A stretch of 63,735 nucleotides of DNA. Origin: a virus. Lineage: Duplodnaviria; Caudoviricetes. The notes under the pieces are model-generated. The model was given only the letters and a program-made list of their open reading frames with translations. It did not search any database and was not told the origin of the DNA. Position numbers and translations under genes: made by a program. Positions 28,153-39,255 of the stretch are shown one piece after another; the stretch's first letter is position 1, and the number at the start of each line of letters is the position of its first letter. The stretch is from the IMG/VR virus record IMGVR_UViG_3300022592_000004, positions 1-63,735 of that record. One strand, written 5' to 3'.

Positions 28153-28710
28153 ATGGCTGCCGTCGTAAACAAACCGAAACCTCGCACTGTCTGTCCGCTT
28201 TGCTATAACGCTGGAGTTGAGAATGACCTTACCTTTCAAGGCAGGAGCCATAGTTGCTCTGCTGGCCACACGTTCGAGGACCGCGAGGTTCTCTCCGTTC
28301 TGGTCCTCGAGATGAACAAAAAGCGTAAAGCGCTCGCCGGCCCGGAGCCGGTTGCACCGGCGCCGGCGCAACCGCTTCCTCCTCCCGACAACAGGGTATA
28401 TATCGACGACATCGATCAGCAGCGCATTGCCTCGATAATCGGCGAGTTTGGCGACTCATCGACCCTGTTTGGAAACCTTTTCGCGATGAACGAATCGATC
28501 AAGGACCTGCGCGAGAAATTCCAGCGGGCCGAGGACCGGATCATGATCAGCCAGGTTCGGAAGGTTGGCGGCGATCACTCTGTGACCTTGAGCATCCCGG
28601 AACGGCACGTGCAGCCCATCAAGGATGTCGCCGAGGCTCAGAGCATGTCGATCGAGCGCTACATGCAGGCCATGTTTGAGGACGGCCTGGACAACCTCTG
28701 GTATTACTAG
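28153..28710 (+). CDS. hypothetical protein with N-terminal Zn ribbon
   Basis: CPLC...CSAGH; GGAGG RBS. Confidence 0.65.
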   Translation: MAAVVNKPKPRTVCPLCYNAGVENDLTFQGRSHSCSAGHTFEDREVLSVLVLEMNKKRKALAGPEPVAPAPAQPLPPPDNRVYIDDIDQQRIASIIGEFGDSSTLFGNLFAMNESIKDLREKFQRAEDRIMISQVRKVGGDHSVTLSIPERHVQPIKDVAEAQSMSIERYMQAMFEDGLDNLWYY

Positions 28711-28718
28711 GGAGCGTA

Positions 28719-29111
28719 ATGCTGGAACTCTATCGCGGATATCTGATCAGTTGGACCGGATGGAAACCTATCCCCAACCAGGATTATGAAGCATGTCAAT
28801 GGATTGGCCGACTGATGAGACAGTCGGCTATACCCATACTCCTCCACGCGTCCAGCCCAGGCTTCGAGGGATGCCATGTCCCCGGATACACCTTCAATAT
28901 TTGTCTTTTCCCGGGACAGAAACCGATCGCAAGCCAGTCATCGCCAGCCGAAAGGAAACGGGAATCAAAGCGCTGCAAACTAAGGCTCTTTGACTTGATT
29001 GATTGGGTTGTCGACTGTGGTTTGGATATCGCTGAATTTGAAGGTTACTTTGAGTTTTCCACGGCACTGTCGTGCCGGTGGAACTTTTCAAGAAGACAGG
29101 AGGCCGTATGA
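28719..29111 (+). CDS. hypothetical protein, paralog of the next gene
   Basis: YRGYLISWTGWK...QWIG. Confidence 0.65.
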   Translation: MLELYRGYLISWTGWKPIPNQDYEACQWIGRLMRQSAIPILLHASSPGFEGCHVPGYTFNICLFPGQKPIASQSSPAERKRESKRCKLRLFDLIDWVVDCGLDIAEFEGYFEFSTALSCRWNFSRRQEAV

Positions 29112-29716
29112 TCACAAGACGCGGTTTTTTTTCGTTTCTCGCTTCACTTCCGTTCATTGGCGCCATTTTCGCCAAACAAGAGATCCTCGAGAGGACGCCC
29201 CCGGATCTTGATGCTTCGGGGGGCTCTTGGGATACCCTTCAGCAATACCGAGGATACAAGATCAAATTCACTGGATGGAAACAATGCCAAAACACCGACA
29301 CAGAGGCGGCCCAGTGGGTCGGATATCCCATCCCACCAGAGCCGATCCCCGTTGATGTCGGTCCCCAATTCTTTGACGATGCGTTCCCCTATCTCGTTGC
29401 TCCGTGCCCCGGGTTGCCGGAGGCATTTCGTCGAGGGGCCAATTTCGACATCAAACCACGGCGCGGGGAGACGGAAATCGTATGGCTAGACGGCGAAAAG
29501 TTCAAAGACAAGTCTAAGAAAAAATCCGGTCGCCGGCTCATCCGAATGATCGACGCGGTGATGGACAGCGGCAAGCGGGGGCTGAAGATCAACGAATGGA
29601 ATGAGCTGCTTCAGAGCAAGGGGATCATTCCGCCACCGCAAACAGAGGAGGAAGCAAATGCCGATGTACGAAGACCAATGCAGGGTCTGCGGATACGTTC
29701 ACGAATACTTGTCTAG
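29108..29716 (+). CDS. hypothetical protein with a Tat-like N-terminus
   Basis: MITRRGFFSFLASLPFIGA; YRGYKIKFTGWK...QWVG. Confidence 0.65.
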   Translation: MITRRGFFSFLASLPFIGAIFAKQEILERTPPDLDASGGSWDTLQQYRGYKIKFTGWKQCQNTDTEAAQWVGYPIPPEPIPVDVGPQFFDDAFPYLVAPCPGLPEAFRRGANFDIKPRRGETEIVWLDGEKFKDKSKKKSGRRLIRMIDAVMDSGKRGLKINEWNELLQSKGIIPPPQTEEEANADVRRPMQGLRIRSRILV

Positions 29717-29966
29717 TTACACAGACAAAACGCGATCCTGCCCGAAGTGCGGGGGTTACGCTGATCGGCTCTATTCCCTGTCGGCCATAAACGTCTTCAA
29801 GGGATTCAGCACGAGGAACATCTCGCCGGACGGGAAAAACCTCCATATCGGCAGCCCGGGTGATCTCACGCGAGCGTGCCACGAGTTCGGAGTCGTGCCG
29901 GCGGCGGATTCTCAGGCCCCACAGACCCGCTTCCCATCGATGCAGCGCGAGGTCCCGAAGTGGTAG
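29658..29966 (+). CDS. FmdB-family zinc-ribbon protein
   Basis: MPMYEDQCRVCG...CPKCGG...RLYS. Confidence 0.8.
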   Translation: MPMYEDQCRVCGYVHEYLSSYTDKTRSCPKCGGYADRLYSLSAINVFKGFSTRNISPDGKNLHIGSPGDLTRACHEFGVVPAADSQAPQTRFPSMQREVPKW

Positions 29967-30005
29967 GGGCTTGACAGGGTCGGGTTACACTGCCCTTGGA
30001 GGAGT

Positions 30006-31901
30006 ATGGATCTACCGGGATGGTACAGTTACGATCCTCAAGGGCAGCAGTGGCCAATCCAGGAGTCCAGCCACGACGCGATCTTATCTCGTTGGTGCGA
30101 AGCGGTCTTCGAGGAGGCCAAGGATGACCTCGAACGCAATGACGAGATCGTCCAGATCGATCGCGCAATCAACTATCTGATGGGTAAGCAGTGGGTTGAG
30201 CGCCGGCCAAGCTACAAGGCTGCCCCGGTCGCCAACCGGCTATGGACCAACCTGGTCCAGCTGATCTCCTACCTCACCGACATCCGGCCTTCGTTCGAGA
30301 TAAAATCCAACAACAAACTCTACGACACCCACGCCAAAGTCCTCAACAAGATGATCACGGCCTGGTTCATGAACGAAGACATAGACATGAGCCTCGCGAT
30401 GATCATTATCCACGCCGCGCTGACGATCGGTTACGGGCGCCTGGTGTGGAACCCGGATCTGCGCAACGGCTCCGGGGAGCTCGAGCTGACTCCTCTCGGG
30501 GCAATGGATCTGATTCCGATCCGGCCGTCGCACACCCTGCAGCGCTCGATCGGATGCATTTATCGCTGTCCGAAGCCCCTGAGCTGGTTTAAGGAGAAAT
30601 ATCCTCTCAAGGGCTTCCGCGTCCCGATCGACAAGGAATATTCCCAATATACCAGCACGCCGAACCAGAACCTTTGGACCCGCGGAATGCAGGTAATGTC
30701 TCCGCAGATGCGGCGGCTCTTCGGCCAATCGTCGACTCAGATCAAGGAATCCGTGATCCCGATGGCCCTCTATCGAGAGTTTTGGCTGAGGGATAACCAG
30801 AGGAACACTTCCAACAAGGAAATCTGGGTGGGCAATGCCGGCGACTCCAGCGGTGAATATGGCTACATGGTTCGTCCGGGAGAAAAGATCTACCCTCGAG
30901 GGCGCCTGATCATCATGGGGGGCCCCGTACCCTTATTTGATGGCCCGAATCCTTTCTACCACGGACTGTTTCCGTTCTCTTGCCTCAGACTCAATCGTGT
31001 GCCGTGGCAATGGCCGGGCATCTCCGAGTTCCGCAACCAGATGCCTCTGCAGGATATCATGAACAATGTCCTGGCCGGGATCCTGGATGCGGTGAAGAAG
31101 GCGGTAAATCCTCAACTGCTCGCCCCGGACAATGCCTTCGGCGCTGCGGTAAAAAAGAACCTCGACCCGAACATGCCCAATGCGAAGATCTTTTACAGCC
31201 CGTCTTCGATCGCCGCGCCATTCTACGCGCCATCACCTGTGCTCCCCGGGTTTGTCTTCCAGACCATGCTGTATGCCCAACAGGAACTCGACAGCCAGTC
31301 GGGATTCCTGGACATGACCGGCATCAGCCGGCGCGGCGTAGTCCCGGCCGGAGATACTCTCGAGCAGCTCAAGGAAGGCCAGCAAACCCTGGTCCGCCTC
31401 AAGGTTCGATATATCGAGGATTTCGTCAAGCAGATGGGCACGCAGTGGGTTCCAAACGCGTTTCAGTTCTACACCATGGAGCGCCGGATGCAGATGCTCG
31501 GGAGCGATGGGCTCACCTGGGAAGACTTCGATTGGAACCCAGGAACCATGGTTCCGGCCGACATCCCTCCAGCAGAACATTGGAAGAGTTTCAGCTTCAT
31601 GATGGTGCCAGGATCTCTCCTGAAGTCAGCCCGGGAGCCGCAGCAGCAACTCATGCTTATGTTGCGGCGTATGGGAGATATGGACCTCAAGAACATGCTC
31701 GACTCGCTCGATCTGGGTGGCCTCTACCAATCCGTCGTCAAAGGAATCCAGGAGGAGGGAGCAGACATCCTGATCCAGGCGATGCGTGCGAAACATGCCG
31801 GTCAGGGAGGGGGTGGTGGACTTCTGCCTGGAGGTCTGGATCAGATCAGCGCTGCCACAACGGCGAATGCTGTCACTCCCAATCCGCAGGCAGTTCTGTG
31901 A
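30006..31901 (+). CDS. portal protein
   Basis: 631 aa after terL; YLMGKQW, MPLQDIMN and C-terminal helices typical of P22-like portals. Confidence 0.8.
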   Translation: MDLPGWYSYDPQGQQWPIQESSHDAILSRWCEAVFEEAKDDLERNDEIVQIDRAINYLMGKQWVERRPSYKAAPVANRLWTNLVQLISYLTDIRPSFEIKSNNKLYDTHAKVLNKMITAWFMNEDIDMSLAMIIIHAALTIGYGRLVWNPDLRNGSGELELTPLGAMDLIPIRPSHTLQRSIGCIYRCPKPLSWFKEKYPLKGFRVPIDKEYSQYTSTPNQNLWTRGMQVMSPQMRRLFGQSSTQIKESVIPMALYREFWLRDNQRNTSNKEIWVGNAGDSSGEYGYMVRPGEKIYPRGRLIIMGGPVPLFDGPNPFYHGLFPFSCLRLNRVPWQWPGISEFRNQMPLQDIMNNVLAGILDAVKKAVNPQLLAPDNAFGAAVKKNLDPNMPNAKIFYSPSSIAAPFYAPSPVLPGFVFQTMLYAQQELDSQSGFLDMTGISRRGVVPAGDTLEQLKEGQQTLVRLKVRYIEDFVKQMGTQWVPNAFQFYTMERRMQMLGSDGLTWEDFDWNPGTMVPADIPPAEHWKSFSFMMVPGSLLKSAREPQQQLMLMLRRMGDMDLKNMLDSLDLGGLYQSVVKGIQEEGADILIQAMRAKHAGQGGGGGLLPGGLDQISAATTANAVTPNPQAVL

Positions 31902-31911
31902 GGAGGAATAA

Positions 31912-32937
31912 GTGCTGGATCTCAGCCAGTATAGGGAGAAGGCCGCCTGGTATCACATCAACGTGGAGCGCGACAAGATCGAACCTTGCCATAAGTGCCC
32001 AATTTGCGGAAAGCCGGCTGTGAAAAGAGTTGTCGATGTCGGGGTCTACGCCGCGGATCCTATGTTCGTCTTCATGCATGAGTTTCTGGTGAGCGTGTCC
32101 GATGCGCCCATTGGATGCATCGGGATAACAGCGTGCCAAGTGAGGTAGGTCAATGCCAGGGATTGTTCTTCAGACCAACGCGATCGATGTGGTGAACAAG
32201 GGCGGCGGCTACCCGACCAAGACGTTCTATGAAACGGTGGAGACCGGCATTCTCCGCAAGAAAATCAAATTCTCTCGGCACATGGAGTCGACAGAACATC
32301 TGCCTGGGAGCGACTACGTCGTCTTCAAATGCCCGGCCCCGGACTGTGGCCAGAGAAACAAACAGTCCGTCTACCGCGCCAAGGGGCAGACGAAGGACGG
32401 CAGGTTATCACTTATTTGTAATAAGTGCCGGCGCGAGATCGAAGTGCAGAGGCCGATGGGCCAGGTTCTTAAAATTGAGGCGCCGCCGAAGCACGAAGCA
32501 GGACGCCCCGTAGCCCCGGGAATCATCCTCGGGCCAAACGGACTTCCGATCAGGAGATAAAAATGGCATCGAACAAGATCATCAATTTTGGCCCTGTTGC
32601 TTTAACGAACACCCTGACTACAAACATTCTCAACCCGTTGATCACATCGCTGTCCGGTCCGATTGGCTTCACGATGACCCAGCCTTACCTGATCATCCGG
32701 CACATCAGGGTAGTGAATAAGACGGCCGGAGCGGTGACGTTTTCCCTCTGGAAAGGCGGCACTGGCGGAAACGTCGCCGGCACCGAGGTCATCGGCCAAG
32801 GTTTATCGGTCCCAGCCAATTCGGCTTTTGACTGGTATGGCATGATGCGCTTCGACGCGGCAGACTTCCTGGTCGGCGGAGCAAGCGCCGCCACGTCGCT
32901 GACAATCGAAGGTGAGGGCGAAATCGGAGTCTCCTAA
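31912..32937 (+). CDS. three hypothetical genes (31912-32148, 32153-32560, 32563-32937 beta-rich)
   Basis: RBSs; Zn motifs in the first two. Confidence 0.6.
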
Positions 32938-33818
32938 TGGAGTTAGCGGCAGACTTTCAAATTGGGAATAGCGGCGGTGGCGGGCAAGGGTCAGTATCCA
33001 CCTATCAGATGCTCATAGCCATGGGCGAAGATGGGGATGAAGGCCCTCCCGGACCCCCCAGCATTACCCCCGGAGCCCCAGGAAGCGCCGGCATACAGGG
33101 ATTGGCCGGACTCCCAATATTCCTGCCTGCGGAGGACGGTGAGGAGGGCCAGGCTTCCTGCGTACCAGGTCTGCAGGGCATCCCAGGGGTTCCCGGAATT
33201 CCGGGAACCACGGGCCCGCCGATATTCCTGGTCGGGGAAGATGGTCAGGATGGCGAACCAGGAATAAGGCAATCGCCGGTCGTAGTCACAGCCACCGCTC
33301 CCTTGACGATTGACGGCGCCGCAGCAGCAGACCTGTCCGCTAACCGGACGCTTGCAATGGCAAAGGCCACCGCAGCGGTTGACGGGTATCTTGCCTCTGG
33401 GGACTTTGCCATTTTTTCTGGGAAGCAGAGCGTTCCAACGGGAGTAAACGTCCCCTATGCCGCGGGTGACTATACCGGCTACGGATCGATGACCTGGACC
33501 GTCGATCTGGGTGACATGCTTACGAATAGATACATGTTGATCGGCAAGCTGCTGATCTGGACGGTCTACATCTCGACGAGCACCGTAGGCGGGACGCTGA
33601 ATCTTTATCTGTTGGTTAATATCCCGAATTCCATGCGCCCAAAGGGAGCCTTCGCGGGAGCCGCTTATGTCATTCAGGCGGGCGCGACCAAGGTGGCGGC
33701 GGTAAGTGGAGGCAACGCGTATGCAAACCTCTTTGTTGAGCTCGTGCCCTCGGCGAATTTCGCCGCATCAACCAATGCAACCGATGTGGCCTTCGTGGCG
33801 ATTTTCGAGATAGCCTGA
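32937..33818 (+). CDS. collagen-like fibre protein
   Basis: Gly-X-Y runs with three (G/A)EDG..G repeats. Confidence 0.7.
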   Translation: MELAADFQIGNSGGGGQGSVSTYQMLIAMGEDGDEGPPGPPSITPGAPGSAGIQGLAGLPIFLPAEDGEEGQASCVPGLQGIPGVPGIPGTTGPPIFLVGEDGQDGEPGIRQSPVVVTATAPLTIDGAAAADLSANRTLAMAKATAAVDGYLASGDFAIFSGKQSVPTGVNVPYAAGDYTGYGSMTWTVDLGDMLTNRYMLIGKLLIWTVYISTSTVGGTLNLYLLVNIPNSMRPKGAFAGAAYVIQAGATKVAAVSGGNAYANLFVELVPSANFAASTNATDVAFVAIFEIA

Positions 33819-33924
33819 CGGAGAGAACGGAAATGAGATTTGATTCGAACCTTGGCCTGGAGGAGATGTCGACGAGGCAGCAGACCCGTGCTGTATTCCA
33901 CATCGGCCTAGTAGCCAGGGTACC

Positions 33925-34323
33925 TTGGTGGAAAGCGATCATCATAAGGGGCGCGGGGACCTGGTCCAACCTCTTGAGCGCCTGGAGGAAATTCCTGTGC
34001 AGGATTCGCTGGGCAAGATAATCGTAGCGACCCCTGGAGTGCCGGTGAGGGCGACCTCAAATCGCCCCAATCCTGCTGCGCGATTCGAAGTCCATGCCTA
34101 TGCCGTTCAGAGACTTAAGGCTTCAAAGGGGGACATTTATGTCAGTCTGTCCTCGGTTGATGACAGGACGGTTATGGCCAGAATCCTGTGCCGCCTGGAT
34201 ACCTCTCAACCGTCCTTCAGCGCCGGGATCGGGATCGAGCTCAACGGAACGAATATGGCGGATGTCTGGTTCGATGCGGATAACGCCGGCGACGGCGTTA
34301 CCGTCGGGGTGTTAATCAGTTAG
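33925..34323 (+). CDS. hypothetical structural protein
   Basis: beta-rich ORF; start uncertain. Confidence 0.5.
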   Translation: MVESDHHKGRGDLVQPLERLEEIPVQDSLGKIIVATPGVPVRATSNRPNPAARFEVHAYAVQRLKASKGDIYVSLSSVDDRTVMARILCRLDTSQPSFSAGIGIELNGTNMADVWFDADNAGDGVTVGVLIS

Positions 34324-34335
34324 AGGAGGCGAGAG

Positions 34336-36499
34336 ATGGCAGAAAAGTGGATGAAAAAGGCGTTCGGAAAGAACCCGGGCAAGCTTCACCGCAGGCTCGG
34401 GGTTCCTGAAGGAGAGAAGATCCCAGCTGGGAAGATCGCGCAAGCAGCTGGCAGCAAGGATCCCAGCCTGCGCAAGGAAGCTGCGTTGGCGAAAACCGGA
34501 AAACGATATGCCGGCAAGCGCCACAAATCCAGGGGCGCCTCGAGGAGGTAGTTATGGCAGAGGGCGAACTTCTACCGAAATCGGGAAAGTCGTCGGACTG
34601 GCTGGCCTACGCGGACGGGAAGCTGAAGGAGTTCCGAAATTACCACAGCGCTACGAACGTGTTTGGCCAGATCAAGAATCCTCCGCCGCTCCAAGACGAC
34701 TACTCCAGGCTGATCTCTCAGCAGGAAGTGGACGCTCGGAAGATGGGGATGCAACTGCTCAGAAATGAGAAGGCAGTTGAAGCTAAGAGGGCCCCCCAGC
34801 AGACCCCCCAATACCGGAAGGGCGGTCGAGTAGCGCGAACGGGCTCTGCCAAATTACACAAGGGGGAGGCTGTCGTTTCCGGATCCAGCCGTAAGTTGGC
34901 TCGGAAGAAAAACAGAAGCAAATCCAGATCGGCCTCGAGGTGACCATGGAATCGACAACGAGAATGGGATCGGCGCCAGCAGGCGATGCGGTGAGCTCAG
35001 CCAACCCGGCGCAATACAAACGGGGCGGCCGCGTCAAAAGGGGCGGATCCGCCAAACTTCACAAAGATGAAGCGGTTATTCGCAAGGAGAAGCGACATGG
35101 CGGGAGAGCCGGTAGGCGTTAAGGCGGGTTCATCTTCTTCACTGAAGGAGATCAAGGTCAAAGTCAAAGTGAAGATGGATCGACCTCCGAAGAGGCATCC
35201 ATCTGGACGCAAATCGAGTCGTCGATAGGGGGGGGGCTTGACAAGCACCTTGTAAGCTATTTATGACGGCAATCCCGAATTGGCCGGCCCGGTCGAAGGT
35301 TTTATCTACCTCCCTTCGGCCGGGCTGGTCCCGAGACTCGAAATGAAGGGGAAAGCAGTGAAGGTCAAAAGCCCATCGAAGGAAGTCGCAGCGGCTCCAT
35401 CGATGGCTCCGAGGATGCCAGAAATGACAAAACAGAGCCCAGAGGAAAAGAAGCGTGAGGAGAAATACAAGCTCGAGGACGATTCGAGGACCGTCAAGAG
35501 CTACCTGGATCTGCGCAAGGATCCACCTCGTCACGCAAGAACCGTAAATTACATGCGCGACCAGGCCGCCGATCTCGAAACGCTCGACACTCCTGGTGCG
35601 CAGGACGCGATGCCGCGCAAGGCCACCCGTGTGACCGCCAGGAAATCCGGGAGACCAAGGGGAAGATAAAATGGCGATATCCAGAGAGTCCATTGTTCAG
35701 GTTACCGAGGCTGTTCTTCTCGTAGGCGCCAGGAAGGCGACCAAATATCTCAGTCCCCATGAAACCGTGAGGGCTACATTTTGTGGAAAGCGCGATCGCC
35801 GCCGTCCTGTGTCACACATAGTCCTCACTGCCGGCAGGCCAAACTATGATGAGCGAATGTTCATCAAAAAGGCGCTACAGTCCGGGATGAAATTCCCAAT
35901 GTCCCACGTTGTTGTGAAGTTTGATAAGCCGGTCAAGGCGCGGGCCGCGTAGGAGGGGGAGATGCCAGCTCTCAAGGCCGGTGCCTCAAAGACGGCAAAA
36001 CGGTCCATGATGAAACACGAGATGGACAAGTGGAAGTCGGGCACCATGCATTCGGGATCCGAGAAAGGACCGATCGTCCACGATCAGAAGCAGGCCATCG
36101 CGATCGGGCTCAGCATGTCCGGACAGTCGAAGCGCAGCAAAAGGAAAGCGGCCCGTAAGGGAGCCCGCGGGGGAGGAAGACGATGAAGGCAGCGAAGGAA
36201 TGCAAGACCGACGAGAAAATCGAAAAGAAGGAAGCCAAAGCCGAAGAAAAAGGCCGAAAGAAGGTCCGGAAAGCCGGGAGATCCTCCAGCCGGAGATAAC
36301 CATGATTGCCGAGAAGAACGGTCATACCACGATCAAGCTGCCCAAAAGCGAGCTGGTTAGCGAGCATAAGCACCTCGTCGGAGTTCTCCGGTCCGGATCC
36401 AGAAAGCAACGGTCCAAGGAAGCCAAGGAACAGTCCCACGAGTTGGGACAATATCGGAAAGCGAAGCCCAGGAAAGCGGCGCGGGCGTCGGGCAGATGA
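34336..36499 (+). CDS. cluster of small basic proteins (34336-34551, 34554-34943, 34946-35122, 35097-35228, 35343-35669, 35671-35952, 35962-36186, 36183-36299, 36302-36499)
   Basis: Lys/Arg-rich ORFs with RBSs; eight end in an S/G/A-rich tail with terminal Arg. Confidence 0.7.
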
Positions 36500-36540
36500 T
36501 TTCGGGGAAGCCGCAATAACAAACCAAGGAGGCAAGCATC

Positions 36541-37112
36541 ATGGCCGATGAAAAGAAAACGACCAGTGGGCCTGGCCAGGAATACGAAGGCCACGGGGAC
36601 AACACGCAGCCGGCGGGGATTCAGTCTCCCGCTACGTTTGTGCCCCTGGCGACAGAGCCCACCAGCGTCAACCAGAAGAGCGATTCAGGGAAGAAGGGTA
36701 AGGTGACCTAACCATGCCGGTTCCAGGATTGGATCGACCACCGTTGCCGTCGCCTGACATTCAGAGTCAGCAAGGAGCAGCTCCGACACCGCCTCCGGGC
36801 ACAGGATTGGGGTCCATTGTTGCCGGAAAGTCGGGACCGGGAGGTCCAGCGCCAGGTGCGCCGGATCCCAATGGAGCGATCGTCGCGCAGGTAGAGGCGA
36901 TCAAAAAGGTCCTGGAGAGCATGGCAAACACCGAGCCTATGATGGCGCCGTTTGCAAGTCGAGCGACAGCCATTTTAGATTCTGGAGTAGCAGCCGTCAG
37001 GGCCGCTCCGAAAGCCCCGCAAGGGACAGGAGGCGACACGGGTCCAACCAGCCCGGCCGGATCTCCACCTCCAGCACCTGGAGGTCCCGGGCAGGGGCCG
37101 CCGATGGCCTAG
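36541..37112 (+). CDS. two small genes (36541-36711; 36714-37112 Pro/Gly-rich)
   Basis: AGGAGG and AAGGTG RBSs. Confidence 0.6.
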
Positions 37113-37186
37113 TCTGTGCACTGATGCACACGACACTGGCGGATTTGGGATGCCGAACCAGAGGTAGATAGTAATGGAATGCTCAA

Positions 37187-38032
37187 ATGCCGTTATCAGC
37201 GGAACTCGAGGCGTTGCTCGCCACTGAAAAGGACGCAACGAAGCGAGAAGCGATGCGAAAAGAGCTTGATGATGGATACCGTCGTCAGGCCGACTATTCA
37301 CGTGCGATGAACGATCTGGCCGCTTCGAAGAAAGAGTGGACGACGTGGCATGCCACCGTGGATAAGGAATACAAACAGGCCAAGACAGACGCCATCCAGC
37401 TCAAGCAGACCATCTTGGAGCTTCAGGCGGCCAAGGACGCTCTTGGCGGAGGCGGCGGAGGAACGGGAGATGAGAATCCTGATCTGGACAAAGCGCTCAG
37501 AGAAGCTCGTCGGGAACTCACGGAAGCCAACACCAAGAGCAGACAGCTCGAGGAAAGGATGACCGCGATCGACGACCAACTCAAATCGGGGAAACTCATC
37601 ACAGCCGAAAAGTTTGAAGAGGAAATCACCAAGCGCGGTGATGGACTCGGCGCGGCTATCTTTGAAGTGATCGACAAGCAGAACCTCTACCGGACCACCT
37701 ACGGTAAGGAACTGGATCGCAACACGTTGATCGCGGAAGCTCAGAAGCGCGGCGGAGATCTGAATTCGGCCTATGAATTCCTGACCACGAAGGACAGGGA
37801 AGAGAAGCTCCGCAAGGATATCGAAGCCGAGTATGAAAAGAAATATCAGGATAAGCTCAAGAATTCAAACCTGTCTGTTGACCAGACCGGCGGAGGGGAA
37901 CCAGGACTGGGACCTCTGCAGCAAAGGATCAAGAAGCAGGAGACGGGCATTCCTGACAGCATTCCAGCAGACGGAAGTGGTCAGCTGGCATCCGCCATGG
38001 CCCAGGAGCTAAGGGCGGAAGGGAAGTATTGA
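37187..38032 (+). CDS. capsid scaffolding protein
   Basis: GYRRQADYSRAM motif; coiled coil; precedes the capsid gene. Confidence 0.75.
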   Translation: MPLSAELEALLATEKDATKREAMRKELDDGYRRQADYSRAMNDLAASKKEWTTWHATVDKEYKQAKTDAIQLKQTILELQAAKDALGGGGGGTGDENPDLDKALREARRELTEANTKSRQLEERMTAIDDQLKSGKLITAEKFEEEITKRGDGLGAAIFEVIDKQNLYRTTYGKELDRNTLIAEAQKRGGDLNSAYEFLTTKDREEKLRKDIEAEYEKKYQDKLKNSNLSVDQTGGGEPGLGPLQQRIKKQETGIPDSIPADGSGQLASAMAQELRAEGKY

Positions 38033-38251
38033 AGCTTGGTAGTGGGAGGGCCGGCACGCGTCGGCCCTCCGAAGCGGCACGCGCCCCATTGGCGGCCGCC
38101 CGAACCAGAAGTGGAACCGAAAGCACCCGGGGAGCCACCGATGGAAGGCAGCAAGGCAGAGGCGAGTGTAGATTGGCCGTGAAGCATCGTGCTCATGGCA
38201 GGTCCGCATTAGCGGAAACTTGTAACCTTTACATCAACGGAGATAGCTCCT

Positions 38252-39226
38252 ATGGCTCTTACCTGGGACGACATCACAGGCAAGGTGAACAAGCACATTG
38301 TCCCGAGATTAGTGGATAACGTGTATAAATCATCGCCTGTCTTCACCCGGCTCCGGACGAGGAATGCAGAACGGTTTGAAGGCGGCACGACCATCCGTCA
38401 TCCAATCGCCTATGCGGAGTTGAACGGCGGCGCTTTCCAGCGCGGCGGAACCTTCAACATTTCCTACGTCCAGACCGACACCGCAATCGAGGTCAATCCG
38501 AAGTTTTACTATGTGAACGTCACGTTGTTCGGTACGGACAACGTGCTGGCTCGCGGGCCCGACGCAGCGATGAACTACGTCGAGTCGAAGATGGTAAACG
38601 CTTCGGGGAAAATGGCCAAGCTCTTGGGCACGGATATCTTCCTCGACGGCACCGGGGTTCTCTCGGCGACCATCAACATCGATGGATTTCTCCAGGCCCT
38701 CAACAACGGCACGCTTTACACCTCCTATGGCGGCATCACGCGCACCGACCTTGGCGTGCTCGCGGGCACGAACAACCAGGGGATCAACGGGTACGTCAGC
38801 GCACTCAATCCATTTACCATGACGGGTTTGCAGACCGCATACGGCGCGGCATGGTTCGGCAATGAACACATCGACCTCATCGTCACCACCCAGCTCATCT
38901 GGGACATGATCTGGAACAAGGTCCAGCCGCAACAGAGGTTCCTCGAGGAATCCTCGGACGTGGCGAAGATCGGATTCCAGAGTCTCCGATGGAATGGGGC
39001 CTCGATCACCGTGGATCAGTATTGCCCAGCCGGATATATCTTCGGTCTCAACACCAAGTATATCCAGTTCTGGATCAGCACTTTAGCCAAATACCAATTT
39101 GGCTTCACGGGTTTCAAAGAGGCTCAAAACAGCGATGACGTGGCCGGCCAATACCTGTTCTCCGGTAATCTCTTGATTCCGGCGCCCAGACTGTTCTTCA
39201 CCCTGAGTGGGGTAACTACCCTGTAA
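38252..39226 (+). CDS. major capsid protein
   Basis: 324 aa; LVDNV...GGT.IRHP, YGGITR, PQQRF...GFQSL.WNG...D..CP. Confidence 0.85.
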   Translation: MALTWDDITGKVNKHIVPRLVDNVYKSSPVFTRLRTRNAERFEGGTTIRHPIAYAELNGGAFQRGGTFNISYVQTDTAIEVNPKFYYVNVTLFGTDNVLARGPDAAMNYVESKMVNASGKMAKLLGTDIFLDGTGVLSATINIDGFLQALNNGTLYTSYGGITRTDLGVLAGTNNQGINGYVSALNPFTMTGLQTAYGAAWFGNEHIDLIVTTQLIWDMIWNKVQPQQRFLEESSDVAKIGFQSLRWNGASITVDQYCPAGYIFGLNTKYIQFWISTLAKYQFGFTGFKEAQNSDDVAGQYLFSGNLLIPAPRLFFTLSGVTTL

Positions 39227-39255
39227 CCAGAGGAATTCTCGAAAGGATAAATTCG

